From the NCBI GenBank assembly GCA_047602185.1, contig JASGHY010000001.1:3915166-3979165 (forward strand): a DNA stretch of 64,000 nucleotides, given 5' to 3'. This DNA comes from Chitinophagaceae bacterium (GTDB lineage Bacteria; Bacteroidota; Bacteroidia; Chitinophagales; Chitinophagaceae). Under the pieces are notes generated by a model that saw only the letters and a list, made by a program, of their open reading frames with translations, ran no database searches and was not told the origin of the DNA. A program made the translations under genes and the position numbers. Positions 1 to 10,453 of this stretch are shown piece by piece; the first letter of the stretch is position 1, and every line of letters begins with the position of its first letter.

Positions 1-230
1 AGTTTGCCACCAGCAACCCGTGGTTCTATGCCAGCCTCATGAACCAGTTAACGGAATCTGGATTTCAGTACAATCAAACAATAGCCGGCGAAAAGAATGC
101 GATTATTTCATTCACAAGCAGTAATGAAGAACTACTGGTGGTAATTACCGACCAGCTGACTCTCCGCAACTTTCAGTTCACCTTGCGTAAACTTTCCGGC
201 AAAGAGCCAAAGACCAGGTTACGCTCTTAA
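1..230 (+). CDS. Hypothetical protein, C-terminal fragment (frame open to the window edge)
   Basis: Frame 3 is open from nt 3 (FATSNPWFYASL precedes the first Met at 39) to the stop at 228-230. No recognisable motif. Confidence 0.35.
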   Translation, partial: FATSNPWFYASLMNQLTESGFQYNQTIAGEKNAIISFTSSNEELLVVITDQLTLRNFQFTLRKLSGKEPKTRLRS

Positions 231-253
231 CAATAACACATCACCTATTCTGT

Positions 254-1672
254 ATGAAAAGATATTTATCCCTGCTGCCGGGCTTGTTGTTTTTCTTTGT
301 TGCTTACAGTAAGCCAACGATCATTACCGGTAAAATTGCACATCCCTTAAATGATACTGTAAAGCTCATTATCACACTGAATGATATTACCCGGCAGCGG
401 GAAACTATAACTACCACCCTTCAACAGGGGCAGTTCGCTCAACCCATTACGATTGCTACCACTGTCTATCTATTTCTGACAGACGGCACCAATTACATCA
501 ATATGCTGGTACAGCCTGGTGACAGTATACACCTTGAATACGATGCCGGGCAACCAGCTGTATCAACTGTATTCAGTGGAAGGGGTAAAGAGCAGTGTAT
601 CTTTCTGCGTGATCTCGCTCTTTTAAAAATGCAGGACCGCATGAAGGAACAGGTAATCTTAGCCAGGCAAACAAATTACCCGTTTGACTATCTCTTTAAC
701 TATATCGATAGTACAGAGCGTACTTCCCTCAAACAGTTATACCAACTGCAAAATGTTGTACACCGGGAGACCTTTCAACTGCTCTATGCGCATGTTAAAA
801 GCCATTTTCTTTCCTATAAATACCGGTCTGCCGGTACTGTTTATCATGAAAGCATTGCCACCACTGTTAAAAACAGGCAGTCGCAGCTAACACCTGCAAC
901 CATCGCCACATTCAAAAGCCTGTTGCAGTTTGACAGCAGTTGTGCCAGCTCTTCTTTCTACATCAATACAGTGTACACCATACTTTTTATGGATTATGAT
1001 GCTGCAGTTCTGGAACAACGCATGTCTAATGACCTTACCGTTAAATACACTTATCTCAATAGCCTGTTGCCCGGCTCGTTAAAAATACCTGTCCTTACTT
1101 TGTTTCTTGACTATGATATCAGCAAACTGAACCAGGCAGAAAAGCTGGAACAGCTCATCAATACCACCTATCATCCCCCAACTGATAGTGTTTACAGGAA
1201 TTATATTGCCCAAAGGTTTGAAGATGGTACTAAATTCTCTAAAGGAATGAAGGCCCCGGATTTTGTAGTGGAGAACGAGAAAGGTGAAAAGGTCAGCCTC
1301 GCAACCTTACGCGGTAAAGTTGTTTTTATTGACTTCTGGTATGCAGCCTGCGGCCCCTGCCTTGCCGGGTTTCAGAACCTGCATGCACTCAAACAGCGCT
1401 TTGCCAATAAAGAGGTGGTCTTTCTTAATATTTCCATAGATAATCGCGATACCTGGCTAAAAGCCTTACAAAAACTGGATATTGCCGGGTACCATGTTTT
1501 TACTGAGAATAAAGGCAATCAGCACCCCATTATCAGCTCCTATAAGGTCAACAGCTACCCTACCACCTGTTTGCTGGACCGCCAGGGCAATATTTTCATG
1601 GCCAATCCTTCCCGTGATCCGCAGGAACTGGAAAGCCAGCTGGAAGAGGCGCTGAAAGCCGTAAAACCCTGA
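254..1672 (+). CDS. Thioredoxin-fold thiol:disulfide oxidoreductase (TlpA/ResA-like) with a ~330-aa N-terminal domain of unknown function
   Basis: Signal-like N-terminus MKRYLSLLPGLLFFFVA. The C-terminal ~140 aa carry FIDFWYAACGPC (CxxC) in a thioredoxin-like context. Confidence 0.75.
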   Translation: MKRYLSLLPGLLFFFVAYSKPTIITGKIAHPLNDTVKLIITLNDITRQRETITTTLQQGQFAQPITIATTVYLFLTDGTNYINMLVQPGDSIHLEYDAGQPAVSTVFSGRGKEQCIFLRDLALLKMQDRMKEQVILARQTNYPFDYLFNYIDSTERTSLKQLYQLQNVVHRETFQLLYAHVKSHFLSYKYRSAGTVYHESIATTVKNRQSQLTPATIATFKSLLQFDSSCASSSFYINTVYTILFMDYDAAVLEQRMSNDLTVKYTYLNSLLPGSLKIPVLTLFLDYDISKLNQAEKLEQLINTTYHPPTDSVYRNYIAQRFEDGTKFSKGMKAPDFVVENEKGEKVSLATLRGKVVFIDFWYAACGPCLAGFQNLHALKQRFANKEVVFLNISIDNRDTWLKALQKLDIAGYHVFTENKGNQHPIISSYKVNSYPTTCLLDRQGNIFMANPSRDPQELESQLEEALKAVKP

Positions 1673-1739
1673 TTTTACTGCCTGTTTAACCGCTGTAATT
1701 ACATTTCCGCTGTCGTTTTAACCTTGTCTGCCGATTGCT

Positions 1740-1747
1740 TAACTTTG
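1740..1747 (+). promoter_or_regulatory. Candidate Bacteroidota -7 promoter box (TAACTTTG) upstream of metG
   Basis: Exact match to the TAnnTTTG consensus, 58 nt upstream of the metG ATG. No well-spaced -33 TTG was found. Confidence 0.3.
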
Positions 1748-1804
1748 CAGGCCTTGCTGGCCTTACGGGTTATATACCAGGCAGGATAAAGAGGATTTAA
1801 AATT

Positions 1805-3910
1805 ATGACAGACTATAAGCGGATCTTAGTTACAGCGGCACTGCCCTATGCCAACGGGCCGGTGCATATTGGTCACCTGGCGGGCTGCTATTTGCCTGCA
1901 GATATTTACGTACGTTATCAACGTGCACGCAAAAGAGATATTAAGTTTATTTGTGGCAGCGACGAACATGGAGTTCCTATTACCATCCGCGCCATGAAGG
2001 AAGGTATTACCCCCCAACAGGTAGTGGACAAATACCATGCGCTGATCGGTGAGAGCTTTGCGCAGATGGGTATTTCATTCGATATCTATTCCCGTACTTC
2101 CAATAAGATCCATCATGAAACGGCTGCTGCCTTTTTCAAAAAACTGTATGATGACGGTTTGTTTGAAGAAAGAGAAACAGAGCAGTTCTATGATGAAAAA
2201 ACAAATACATTCCTGGCCGACCGCTATATCGTTGGTACCTGCCCCGTATGCAGCAACCCCAATGCTTACGGCGACCAGTGCGAAAGATGTGGTTCTTCAT
2301 TGAGCCCTGAGCAACTGATCAATCCCCGTTCGGCATTGAGCGATGCTGTTCCTGTAAAAAGGAAAACCAAACACTGGTATTTCCCTTTACAGAACTATGA
2401 GCCCTGGCTGAAGGAATGGATCCTGGAAGGCCATAAAGAGTGGAAGAACAACGTATATGGTCAGTGTAAAAGCTGGCTGGAGAATGGGCTGCAAAGCCGT
2501 GCAATGACCCGCGACAGCAACTGGGGCGTAAAAGTTCCTTTGCCCGATACAGAAGGGAAAGTATTATACGTATGGTTTGATGCTCCAATCGGTTATATCT
2601 CTGCCACAAAAGAACTGACAGAGCAATGGGCTGATTACTGGCAGCAGGAAGATACCAAGCTGGTACATTTTATCGGCAAGGACAATATCGTGTTCCACTG
2701 TATCATTTTCCCATCCATGCTGAAAGCACACGGCAGCTATGTAATGCCGGATAATGTGCCTGCCAACGAGTTTCTGAATATAGAAGGCGAAAAGGTTTCT
2801 ACCAGCCGTAACTGGGCTGTATGGGTGCATGAATATGTAAAAGACTTCCCGGGATGTGAAGATGTATTACGCTATGTACTGTGCAGCAATGCCCCTGAAA
2901 CAAAGGACAATGATTTTACCTGGAAAGATTTCCAGACCCGTACCAATAGTGAGTTGGTAGATATATTCGGCAACTTTGCCAACAGAACTTTTGTGCTGAT
3001 GCATAAGCTCTGCGGAGGGAAGGTACCACCATTGCATACGGAGACCTTAGGAGAAGATGCAAAAGCACTTCTTGCAGAATTTGAAACCACTAAAGCAACT
3101 GTAGAAGGCTTACTGGAGCAATATAAATTCCGCGATGCATTGAATGCAGTAATCGATCTTGCACGCAAAGGCAATAAATACCTGCAGGTAAATGAACCTT
3201 GGATCGTTGCCAAATCGCTGGCCGAAAAACCAGAGAACCAGCAACTGATAGACAACTGCCTGCATGTCTGCCTGCAATTAACCGCCAATCTTGCAATTCT
3301 CATCAACCCCTTCTTACCTACCACAGCTCAGAAGATGCTGCACATTATGAAGGTGGTTGACAAGATGCTGGAATGGGAAAACGCCGGTAAAACAAAACTG
3401 CTGAGCGTTGGTTACAGCCTCCGTGCACCAGAATTATTGTTCAGGAAAATTGAAGATGCAGAGATCGCTGCACAGGTTGAAAAACTGAAAGCCGGGTTGG
3501 TAAAACCAGAAGCCGCGAAGCAGGAAGCCGCAAGTCAGCAGCCTGAGAGCACTGACAAGAAAGCTGAGGATACAGCACCGGTAAAACCAGCCATTCAATA
3601 TGATGATTTTGCAAAGATCGATCTGAAAGTAGGCACCATCCTTACTGCTGAAAAAGTAGAGAAAGCAGATAAACTGCTGAAGCTGCAGGTTGACCTCGGT
3701 TTTGAAAAACGTACCATTGTGTCAGGCATAGCATTGCATTTTAAACCTGAAGATATCGTCGGCAAACAGGTAGTAGTGGTTGCCAACCTTGCTCCACGCA
3801 AGATGAGAGGTATTGAAAGCAATGGAATGATCTTAATGGCAGAAGATAATGGTAAACTGATATTTGTTAGCCCTGAAGCTGCTACCGGTAGCGGTTCAGG
3901 AGTAAGCTAA
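1805..3910 (+). CDS. metG: Methionine--tRNA ligase with C-terminal EMAP/Trbp111-like tRNA-binding domain
   Basis: HIGH motif PVHIGHLAG, zinc knuckle [18 protein letters not shown] and a KMSKS-like KVSTSRN. The C-terminal [32 protein letters not shown] is typical of the MetRS appended domain. Confidence 0.95.
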   Translation: MTDYKRILVTAALPYANGPVHIGHLAGCYLPADIYVRYQRARKRDIKFICGSDEHGVPITIRAMKEGITPQQVVDKYHALIGESFAQMGISFDIYSRTSNKIHHETAAAFFKKLYDDGLFEERETEQFYDEKTNTFLADRYIVGTCPVCSNPNAYGDQCERCGSSLSPEQLINPRSALSDAVPVKRKTKHWYFPLQNYEPWLKEWILEGHKEWKNNVYGQCKSWLENGLQSRAMTRDSNWGVKVPLPDTEGKVLYVWFDAPIGYISATKELTEQWADYWQQEDTKLVHFIGKDNIVFHCIIFPSMLKAHGSYVMPDNVPANEFLNIEGEKVSTSRNWAVWVHEYVKDFPGCEDVLRYVLCSNAPETKDNDFTWKDFQTRTNSELVDIFGNFANRTFVLMHKLCGGKVPPLHTETLGEDAKALLAEFETTKATVEGLLEQYKFRDALNAVIDLARKGNKYLQVNEPWIVAKSLAEKPENQQLIDNCLHVCLQLTANLAILINPFLPTTAQKMLHIMKVVDKMLEWENAGKTKLLSVGYSLRAPELLFRKIEDAEIAAQVEKLKAGLVKPEAAKQEAASQQPESTDKKAEDTAPVKPAIQYDDFAKIDLKVGTILTAEKVEKADKLLKLQVDLGFEKRTIVSGIALHFKPEDIVGKQVVVVANLAPRKMRGIESNGMILMAEDNGKLIFVSPEAATGSGSGVS

Positions 3911-3917
3911 ACAATTG

Positions 3918-3955
3918 CATGGATGATGTTGTTATTATGAACGACATCATCCATG
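3918..3955 (+). terminator. Hairpin after metG (14-bp stem with one G-U pair, 10-nt loop)
   Basis: catggatgatgttg (3918-3931) pairs with cgacatcatccatg (3942-3955), followed by a weak T-rich tail ttatt. The 3' arm covers the ATG at 3953. Confidence 0.4.
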
Positions 3956-4834
3956 TTATTCCTAAATAAAGCAGTCATGAATATCGGTTTTATTGGCCTC
4001 GGCAACTTAGGCACACCTATCGCACTTAACCTTCTCGAAAGCGGCCACTCCTTAACAGTTTACAATCGTACAGCAGCAAAAACAGTTCCTTTACAGGAAA
4101 AAGGCGCCAGCCATGCAGAAAACATTGCAGCACTGGCATCGGCCTCCAATATTGTATTTACCATTGTAAGCGATGATGCTGCATTGAAGGATGTCAGTGC
4201 CCAATTGGTGCAACACCTGCAGCCCGGTAGTATTCATGTCTCACTAAGCACTATCCTTCCTCAGACAGCCAGTGAACTGGAAGCCCTGCATCAGCAACAC
4301 AGCCTGCTTTATCTTGCCTCTCCTGTATTTGGCAGGCCCGAAGCAGCGAAAGCAAAGAAGCTGAACTTTGTTATCTCCGGCGATGCCAATACCAGGCAAC
4401 AGATCACTCCCCTGCTAAAGGATGCCGGAGGAGCCGGTGTATGGGATTTTGGGGATGCTATTACCGCTGCCAATACCGTAAAGCTCTGCGGTAACTTTAT
4501 GATCGCAGCAGCGCTTGAATCAATCGGTGAAAGCATTGATCTTGCACGTAAAAGCGGCGTCGACACACAGGTAATGTGGAACATGTTCACACAAACCATC
4601 TTCAATTCACCTATCTATATCAACTACGGCAATATTATTTTACACCAGCAATTTGAACCAGCAGCATTTACTGCCCGTCTTGGTTTAAAAGACCTGAACC
4701 TGGTACTGCAACAAGCCTCTGCCGCCAATCATTCAATGCCTGTGGCCAATCTTGTACAGCAACACTTACAAACACTGGTTAATAATGGTAATTCAGAAAT
4801 TGACTGGTGTGCAGTGTCGAAGGGAGGGGAGTAA
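3953..4834 (+). CDS. NAD(P)-dependent beta-hydroxyacid dehydrogenase family oxidoreductase (3-hydroxyisobutyrate dehydrogenase-like)
   Basis: Rossmann motif MNIGFIGLGNLGTPIALNL. The true start is more likely the ATG at 3977, because 3953 lies inside the metG terminator hairpin. Confidence 0.8.
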   Translation: MLFLNKAVMNIGFIGLGNLGTPIALNLLESGHSLTVYNRTAAKTVPLQEKGASHAENIAALASASNIVFTIVSDDAALKDVSAQLVQHLQPGSIHVSLSTILPQTASELEALHQQHSLLYLASPVFGRPEAAKAKKLNFVISGDANTRQQITPLLKDAGGAGVWDFGDAITAANTVKLCGNFMIAAALESIGESIDLARKSGVDTQVMWNMFTQTIFNSPIYINYGNIILHQQFEPAAFTARLGLKDLNLVLQQASAANHSMPVANLVQQHLQTLVNNGNSEIDWCAVSKGGE

Positions 4835-4835
4835 T

Positions 4836-5251
4836 TAATATGCAGATTTGTTAATGTGCGGATGTACAAATGCAAGTCCGGAAGTGAATACAAGCTGCGA
4901 GCAATAAGCAAGTTGGCAGTTGGCAATTTGCAGTTACAAAAGAATGGTTTGATGGCTATATGGTTTGATTGATATGGATGATAACCATAGAGCTATCTGG
5001 CAATTCAGCCATCCTTTTTCACGTTTCACTTTTCACGTTTGACGATATTGCCGACTCACGATCCAACATCTGGTATCCTGTATTTCCGTTTCACGTTTGA
5101 CATTTCACGATTCACGATCTGGCATCTGGTATCCAGTATCCAGCAACCCACTCACGACTGACGATTCACGACTCACGAACTCATTCACTATTGACTATTC
5201 ACCACTCACGTTTTCTTACTCACCACTCACCACTCACGTCTCAACCCTCAC
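4836..5251. repeat. Composite heptamer-periodic intergenic repeat element (copy 1)
   Basis: Runs of cagttgg/caatttg, cacgttt/cacgatt/cacgact, ctggtat/ccagtat and caccact units with 7-nt phase. It shares 21-43-nt exact cores with 43410-43649 in the opposite orientation. Confidence 0.85.
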
Positions 5252-6139
5252 CTACTTCCTGTCACACACCAACTGCGCTATCCTGGCAATTACATTTTCA
5301 CGGACAGACTGATTGGCTTCAGCATCGGAAACAAATACCGCGACAGCGAGATGCAGATTATTGCCTAATACAACAATGCCCACATCATTGGTAGCGGCCG
5401 TAATACCGTCATTGTTGGTACCGGATGTTCCTGTTTTGTGTGCTACTACCACGTCCTTGCCCAGGAGACCTTTTATCCTTTCGGGCCCGGTAGCTGTTTC
5501 TACCATCCATTTCCATAAAAGATCATTGGAAGACTTCTGTAATGCCTTGCCCTGATAAAAGATCTTTAGCAACTGTATCATGGCAACAGGCTCGCACCAG
5601 TTGGTATATTGTACACTCCAGGCAGACTGCATCTCTTTTTCGCTTGCTTTTATTGCCATGCCTTTTATGCCAAGACTGCGTATATAACCATCTACCTTTT
5701 TAGCTCCGCCAATCTCTTTCAACAAAATATCGCATCCGTTGTTATCGCTTTGAGATACAGTATAGAGCAATAGCTCAGCAATGGTAATATCAAATTCGTC
5801 TGTAGTATATTTTTCCAGTAACGGGCTCCATATTTTCACTAAAAGCTCTTTCTTTTTTACGTGTACCTTTTTATTCAGCGAGAGTTTACCACGGTCAACT
5901 TCGTTTAAAACGGCCATTGCAATGGGAAATTTGAACACACTTTGCATCGGCAATCGCATAGTACCGTTGAAGGATAATGTATCGCCCGATTCGAGGTTCA
6001 TTACGGCCACACCTACCTTGCCCTGCGCATCTGCAGCTATCTTTGCAATAGCCGCCCGGGTATCGCCAGGTTGCTGGGCCTGTAGCCGTGAACTGTTCAT
6101 TACCAACGCAATAGCACAAGGTACAAGGAGCAATTTCAT
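5252..6139 (-). CDS. Class A (serine) beta-lactamase
   Basis: Signal peptide, SxxK (QSVFKF), SDN (SQSDNNG) and KTG (HKTGTSG) motifs in the canonical order and spacing. Confidence 0.85.
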   Translation of the reverse strand: MKLLLVPCAIALVMNSSRLQAQQPGDTRAAIAKIAADAQGKVGVAVMNLESGDTLSFNGTMRLPMQSVFKFPIAMAVLNEVDRGKLSLNKKVHVKKKELLVKIWSPLLEKYTTDEFDITIAELLLYTVSQSDNNGCDILLKEIGGAKKVDGYIRSLGIKGMAIKASEKEMQSAWSVQYTNWCEPVAMIQLLKIFYQGKALQKSSNDLLWKWMVETATGPERIKGLLGKDVVVAHKTGTSGTNNDGITAATNDVGIVVLGNNLHLAVAVFVSDAEANQSVRENVIARIAQLVCDRK

Positions 6140-6297
6140 GAGAGGAGTGTTGTGTAAAACTATATTACGCTAAAATTACTAAGACCGTTGTACAGGCAGG
6201 TATATTTTATCTTAAATTTTAAAATGAGGCTCCCGGCTGTGCCTTTTTTGTTTTACCTTCGATGGGAATAGTTGTTTAACTAACTAATTTTTGCTAT

Positions 6298-8679
6298 ATG
6301 TCTAATCGAATCATCCGTAAGGTTGCAGTATTGGGTAGCGGTGTGATGGGTTCGCGGATTGCATGCCATTTTGCAGGAGCAGGACTACAGGTATTGCTGC
6401 TGGATATGGTACCCAAAGAAGCAACAGAAAGTACAAAGCCCGCTGAAAGGAATAAGTTAGTAAATGATGCATTACAGGCCGCCGTTAAAAGCAACCCCTC
6501 GCCTGTGTACACCAAAGATGCATTGAAGAAGATCAAAACAGGCAACTTCACCGATAACATGAAGGATATTGCCACTTACGATTGGATCATTGAGGTGGTG
6601 GTAGAAAGACTGGATATCAAACAATCTATTTTTACTGAAGTTGAAAAGTATCGTAAACCCGGTACATTGATCACCTCTAATACTTCAGGTATTCCTATTC
6701 ACCTGATGGCTGAAGGAAGAAGTGAAGATTTTAAAAAACATTTCTGCGGTACGCACTTTTTCAATCCTCCGCGTTACCTCCGTTTACTGGAAATTATCCC
6801 AACGCCTTATACTGATAAAGAAATAATAGACTTCCTGCTGCATTACGGAGATGTTATTCTCGGCAAAACAACAGTGCTTTGTAAGGATACACCGGCCTTT
6901 ATAGCCAACCGTATCGGCGTATACGGCATTATGGCCATCTTTGGCCTGATGGACAGCATGAAGCTTACTATTGACGAAATAGACGCCCTCACCGGCCCTA
7001 TTATTGGCCGTCCTAAGTCTGCAACCTTCCGTACAGCAGATGTAGTGGGTATTGACACCCTGGTAAAAGTGGCAAAGGGAGTAGCAGAGAATTGCCCGGA
7101 CGACGAACAACGTACAGCCTTTGCGATCCCGGCATGGCTCGATAAAATGGTAACCAATAACTGGCTGGGCGATAAAACAGGCCAGGGATTTTTTGCCAAA
7201 AAGAAAAGCGATAAAGGCGAAAGAGAAATATATACACTGAACCTGCAAACATTTGAATACGCCCCAAGGCAGAAACCAAAGTTTGCGACAGTAGAAGCAG
7301 CCAAACCTATTGACGACCTGAAAACAAGGTTGAAGGCGCTTTGCACCGGCATGGATAAAGCCGGTGATTTCTACCGCAAGTTCCACTACGGCCTTTTCTC
7401 CTATGTATCTCACCGCATTCCTGAAATATCAGACGAGCTGTATCGTGTGGATGATGCTATGATGGCAGGCTTCGGTTGGGAAATAGGTGCTTTTGAAAGC
7501 TGGGATGTATTAGGCGTAGAAGGCACTGTAAAGAAAATGAAAGAAGCCGGTTATACTGTTGCACCATGGGTAGATGAAATGCTGGCTGCCGGTATAAGAT
7601 CCTTCTATAAAGTAGAGAGCGGCAAACGTCTTTACTATGATATCTCTTCAAAAAGTTATAAAGCTTTACCCGGTGGTGATGCCTTTATTGTAATGAAGAA
7701 CTTTGAGAACCAGACCGTTTGGAAAAACAGTTCCTGCCGCACTTATCATCTTGGCGATGATGTGCTGGGGCTTGAATGGAATACCAAAATGGGCACCATT
7801 GGCGGAGAAGTTTTAGAAGGTATTCAGAAATCCATTGCACTGGCTGAAGAAAAATATAAAGGGCTGGTTATTGCCAACGATGCGCCAAACTTTAGTGCAG
7901 GCGCCAACGTGGGAATGATCTTTATGCTCGCCATTGAGCAGGAATATGATGAACTGGATATGGCTGTTCGCCTGTTCCAGAACACCACTATGCGTGCAAG
8001 GTATTCCGGTGTGCCGGTAGTTACAGCCCCCCATGCATTGTCATTAGGCGGAGCCTGCGAGCTGAGCCTGCACAGTGATAAAGTATGCCCGGCTGCAGAA
8101 ACCTATATCGGTCTTGTGGAATTAGGTGTAGGCCTGATACCCGGTGGCGGTGGCACCAAGGAGTTTGCTCTGCGTGCAGCAGACGAAATGCATGAGGATG
8201 AACCGGAAACCATTACTTTAAAGAACCGCTTCCTCAACATTGCTACCGCTAAAGTAGCCACCTCTGCACAGGAAGGTTTTGAGATGGGCATCTTCCGCAA
8301 GGGACATGATGAAGTAGTGATGAACCAGGGTAGACGTATTGCAGAAGCAAAGAAAAGTGTTATTGAATTATATGATAGCGGGTACACCATGCCGGTACAA
8401 CGTACTGATATCAAGGTATTAGGCCGCCTGGCATTGGGTGCATTGTATGCCGGTATCAATGGTATGTGGCGTGGCAACTATGCAACCGACCATGATGTGC
8501 TGGTAGCTAAAAAGCTAGCTTACGTAATGTGTGGTGGCGATCTGACAGAGTATTCTTTCGTAAGCGAGCAATACCTGCTTGATCTTGAAAGAGAAGCATT
8601 CCTGTCACTATGCGGTGAAAAGAAAACACTGGAAAGGATACAGAGTGTATTAAAAGGTGGTAAGCCTATACGCAATTAG
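6298..8679 (+). CDS. Fused 3-hydroxyacyl-CoA dehydrogenase / enoyl-CoA hydratase family protein (FadB/FadN-like)
   Basis: N-terminal NAD-binding KVAVLGSGVMGSRIACHFAGAG and a C-terminal crotonase-like region (FSAGANVGM...GGACEL). The 793-aa length is typical of the Bacteroidota fusion. Confidence 0.85.
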   Translation: MSNRIIRKVAVLGSGVMGSRIACHFAGAGLQVLLLDMVPKEATESTKPAERNKLVNDALQAAVKSNPSPVYTKDALKKIKTGNFTDNMKDIATYDWIIEVVVERLDIKQSIFTEVEKYRKPGTLITSNTSGIPIHLMAEGRSEDFKKHFCGTHFFNPPRYLRLLEIIPTPYTDKEIIDFLLHYGDVILGKTTVLCKDTPAFIANRIGVYGIMAIFGLMDSMKLTIDEIDALTGPIIGRPKSATFRTADVVGIDTLVKVAKGVAENCPDDEQRTAFAIPAWLDKMVTNNWLGDKTGQGFFAKKKSDKGEREIYTLNLQTFEYAPRQKPKFATVEAAKPIDDLKTRLKALCTGMDKAGDFYRKFHYGLFSYVSHRIPEISDELYRVDDAMMAGFGWEIGAFESWDVLGVEGTVKKMKEAGYTVAPWVDEMLAAGIRSFYKVESGKRLYYDISSKSYKALPGGDAFIVMKNFENQTVWKNSSCRTYHLGDDVLGLEWNTKMGTIGGEVLEGIQKSIALAEEKYKGLVIANDAPNFSAGANVGMIFMLAIEQEYDELDMAVRLFQNTTMRARYSGVPVVTAPHALSLGGACELSLHSDKVCPAAETYIGLVELGVGLIPGGGGTKEFALRAADEMHEDEPETITLKNRFLNIATAKVATSAQEGFEMGIFRKGHDEVVMNQGRRIAEAKKSVIELYDSGYTMPVQRTDIKVLGRLALGALYAGINGMWRGNYATDHDVLVAKKLAYVMCGGDLTEYSFVSEQYLLDLEREAFLSLCGEKKTLERIQSVLKGGKPIRN

Positions 8680-8720
8680 TTTGCGTCTGATATATTTAGC
8701 GTCACATGAGAAAACCAACC

Positions 8721-8749
8721 GCGCAGCTTTAACCGGCTGCGCTTTTTTA
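8721..8749 (+). terminator. Rho-independent terminator after the fadB-like gene
   Basis: gcgcagc (8721-8727) / gctgcgc (8736-8742) stem followed by tttttta. Confidence 0.75.
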
Positions 8750-8843
8750 TTTAGTACCACTGGCAAATGCCACACAAATACGTTATATTAGTAATCGTCG
8801 CTTTACGGAGCAATGACATTGCTGCCGGTTTAATATCAAAACT

Positions 8844-9503
8844 ATGGGCGAAGCAGAATTACAAACGAAAGCACACCAGCTTATTATACGTGCTAATATT
8901 TATTGCTATGGTGATGCCGCTTCTAAAGACCTCACTGTAAAAATAGCCGATGATATCGGCAGACACTGGAATGCCCCCAGTGCATCTGTAAACATCCGCC
9001 ACAACTGGTATCATGTAAAGTTTGATGTGGAAGGTTTCTATGAACCCGATCTTGCACCTGAAACAGTGTGGTACAATGATAATCCCCGTTGCAACTTCTT
9101 CAGGATCGAAGAACAGGTAGAAGGCAGCATTTCATATGTAGATGGTATTGGCTGCAATACAGGGATCTTTCTGTTGCCTAACCTGCTGCAAACACCTACT
9201 ACAGCTGCTCACGAATTTGGTCATACACTGGGGCTGGACCATCCCCGCAACCTGGATATACGTGGTCAGAAGATCCCAGGCATTATGTATCCACGCGGTA
9301 CTATCTGCGATCCCGAACTGCAATACGACCCCAAAGCAACTCCCGGTGAAAAAGGAGGCACACTGAACCCAGATTACCGGCAGGTGCTGCTGAGTGATAT
9401 TGAGCTGTTGAAATTACACAGGCTTTCTTTTGATGAACAGGGACTTTCTGCCGTAGGCGGGTTTTCCAGCATTTACCATGAAAAACATTTCTTCCAGGGA
9501 TAG
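8844..9503 (+). CDS. Small metzincin-like zinc metalloprotease domain protein
   Basis: HEFGHTLGLDH (HExxHxxGxxH) followed by a possible Met-turn, PGIMYP. No N-terminal signal peptide is visible. Confidence 0.6.
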   Translation: MGEAELQTKAHQLIIRANIYCYGDAASKDLTVKIADDIGRHWNAPSASVNIRHNWYHVKFDVEGFYEPDLAPETVWYNDNPRCNFFRIEEQVEGSISYVDGIGCNTGIFLLPNLLQTPTTAAHEFGHTLGLDHPRNLDIRGQKIPGIMYPRGTICDPELQYDPKATPGEKGGTLNPDYRQVLLSDIELLKLHRLSFDEQGLSAVGGFSSIYHEKHFFQG

Positions 9504-9557
9504 CCGGTTACTGATAGTTAAAATAAATGTGCATCTTTATAGGGTAAATATCCTTCC

Positions 9558-10451
9558 ATGTCCATTCTTTCTGTCAACAATCTGCAAAAGCATTACGGTC
9601 GTGTTCAGGCATTAAAAGGAGTTACATTTTCTGTTCCGGAAGGTTCTGTATTCGGTATCCTGGGACCTAATGGCAGTGGAAAAACAACCCTGCTTGGTAT
9701 TGTATCAGATATTTTAAGGGCCACAGCAGGCTCTTACAGCCTGTTTGATCAGCCGCCTACTGCAGACCACCGTAAGAATATTGGCACCCTGCTGGAAACG
9801 CCCAACTTTTATCATTACCTCAGTGCAGAGCAAAACCTGAAAATAGCAGCGTCCATCAAGCAAAAAGACGTGGGCGATATTGACAGGGTACTGAAAATTG
9901 TGAACCTGGAACAATGGAAGAATGCTAAATTCAGCACCTACTCCCTGGGTATGAAGCAGAGACTGGCAGTTGCCTCCTGCTTACTAGGCAATCCGCAGGT
10001 ATTGATCTTTGACGAACCTACCAATGGCCTGGACCCGATGGGTATTGCTGAAACAAGAGAGCTTATTAAAAAGCTGCACAAAGAAGGTAAAACCATCATC
10101 ATGGCCAGCCACCTGCTGGATGAAGTAGAAAGAGTTTGTACGCATGTAGCTATCATGCAAAAAGGTATAATCCGTACCTACGGACATGTTGATGAAATAT
10201 TGGTTACTGATGATATTGTAGAGGTAAGTGCGGGCAACCTGCAACAATTACAATCTATTCTGCAACAATATGCCGGTATCAATAAGATCCAGAACCAGGA
10301 ACAATACCTGGAACTACATCTCCCCAGCAACACCGCCAACCTGGAGGCAATCAACCGGTATTGTTTTGAGCAGGGCATTACATTAAGTCACCTACGCCTG
10401 AACAAGAAAAGCCTGGAACGTAAATTTTTTGAACTTACTCAAGCTAATTAA
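9558..10451 (+). CDS. ABC transporter ATP-binding protein
   Basis: Walker A GPNGSGKTT, signature YSLGMKQRL and Walker B VLIFDEPTNGLD. Confidence 0.9.
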   Translation: MSILSVNNLQKHYGRVQALKGVTFSVPEGSVFGILGPNGSGKTTLLGIVSDILRATAGSYSLFDQPPTADHRKNIGTLLETPNFYHYLSAEQNLKIAASIKQKDVGDIDRVLKIVNLEQWKNAKFSTYSLGMKQRLAVASCLLGNPQVLIFDEPTNGLDPMGIAETRELIKKLHKEGKTIIMASHLLDEVERVCTHVAIMQKGIIRTYGHVDEILVTDDIVEVSAGNLQQLQSILQQYAGINKIQNQEQYLELHLPSNTANLEAINRYCFEQGITLSHLRLNKKSLERKFFELTQAN

Positions 10452-10453
10452 TC

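Noticed and set aside
5097-5394. ORFs 5097-5312 and 5191-5394 (+) in the spacer after the oxidoreductase gene
   Set aside because: Their translations are low-complexity (SPLTFSYSPLTTHVS...) and come directly from heptamer repeats. They also overlap the beta-lactamase 3' end.
5252-6139. Mobile or acquired beta-lactamase
   Set aside because: No transposase, integrase, attC/attI or IS-type inverted repeats flank it. The neighbouring genes are housekeeping.
6784-7413. Long antisense or out-of-frame ORFs inside large genes, for example 6784-7413, 2872-3324, 13072-13533, 17487-17936, 21676-22203, 29451-29969, 44817-45302, 45299-45814 and 48072-48482
   Set aside because: Each is fully embedded in a gene with strong motif support on the other strand or frame. 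These are typical shadow ORFs.
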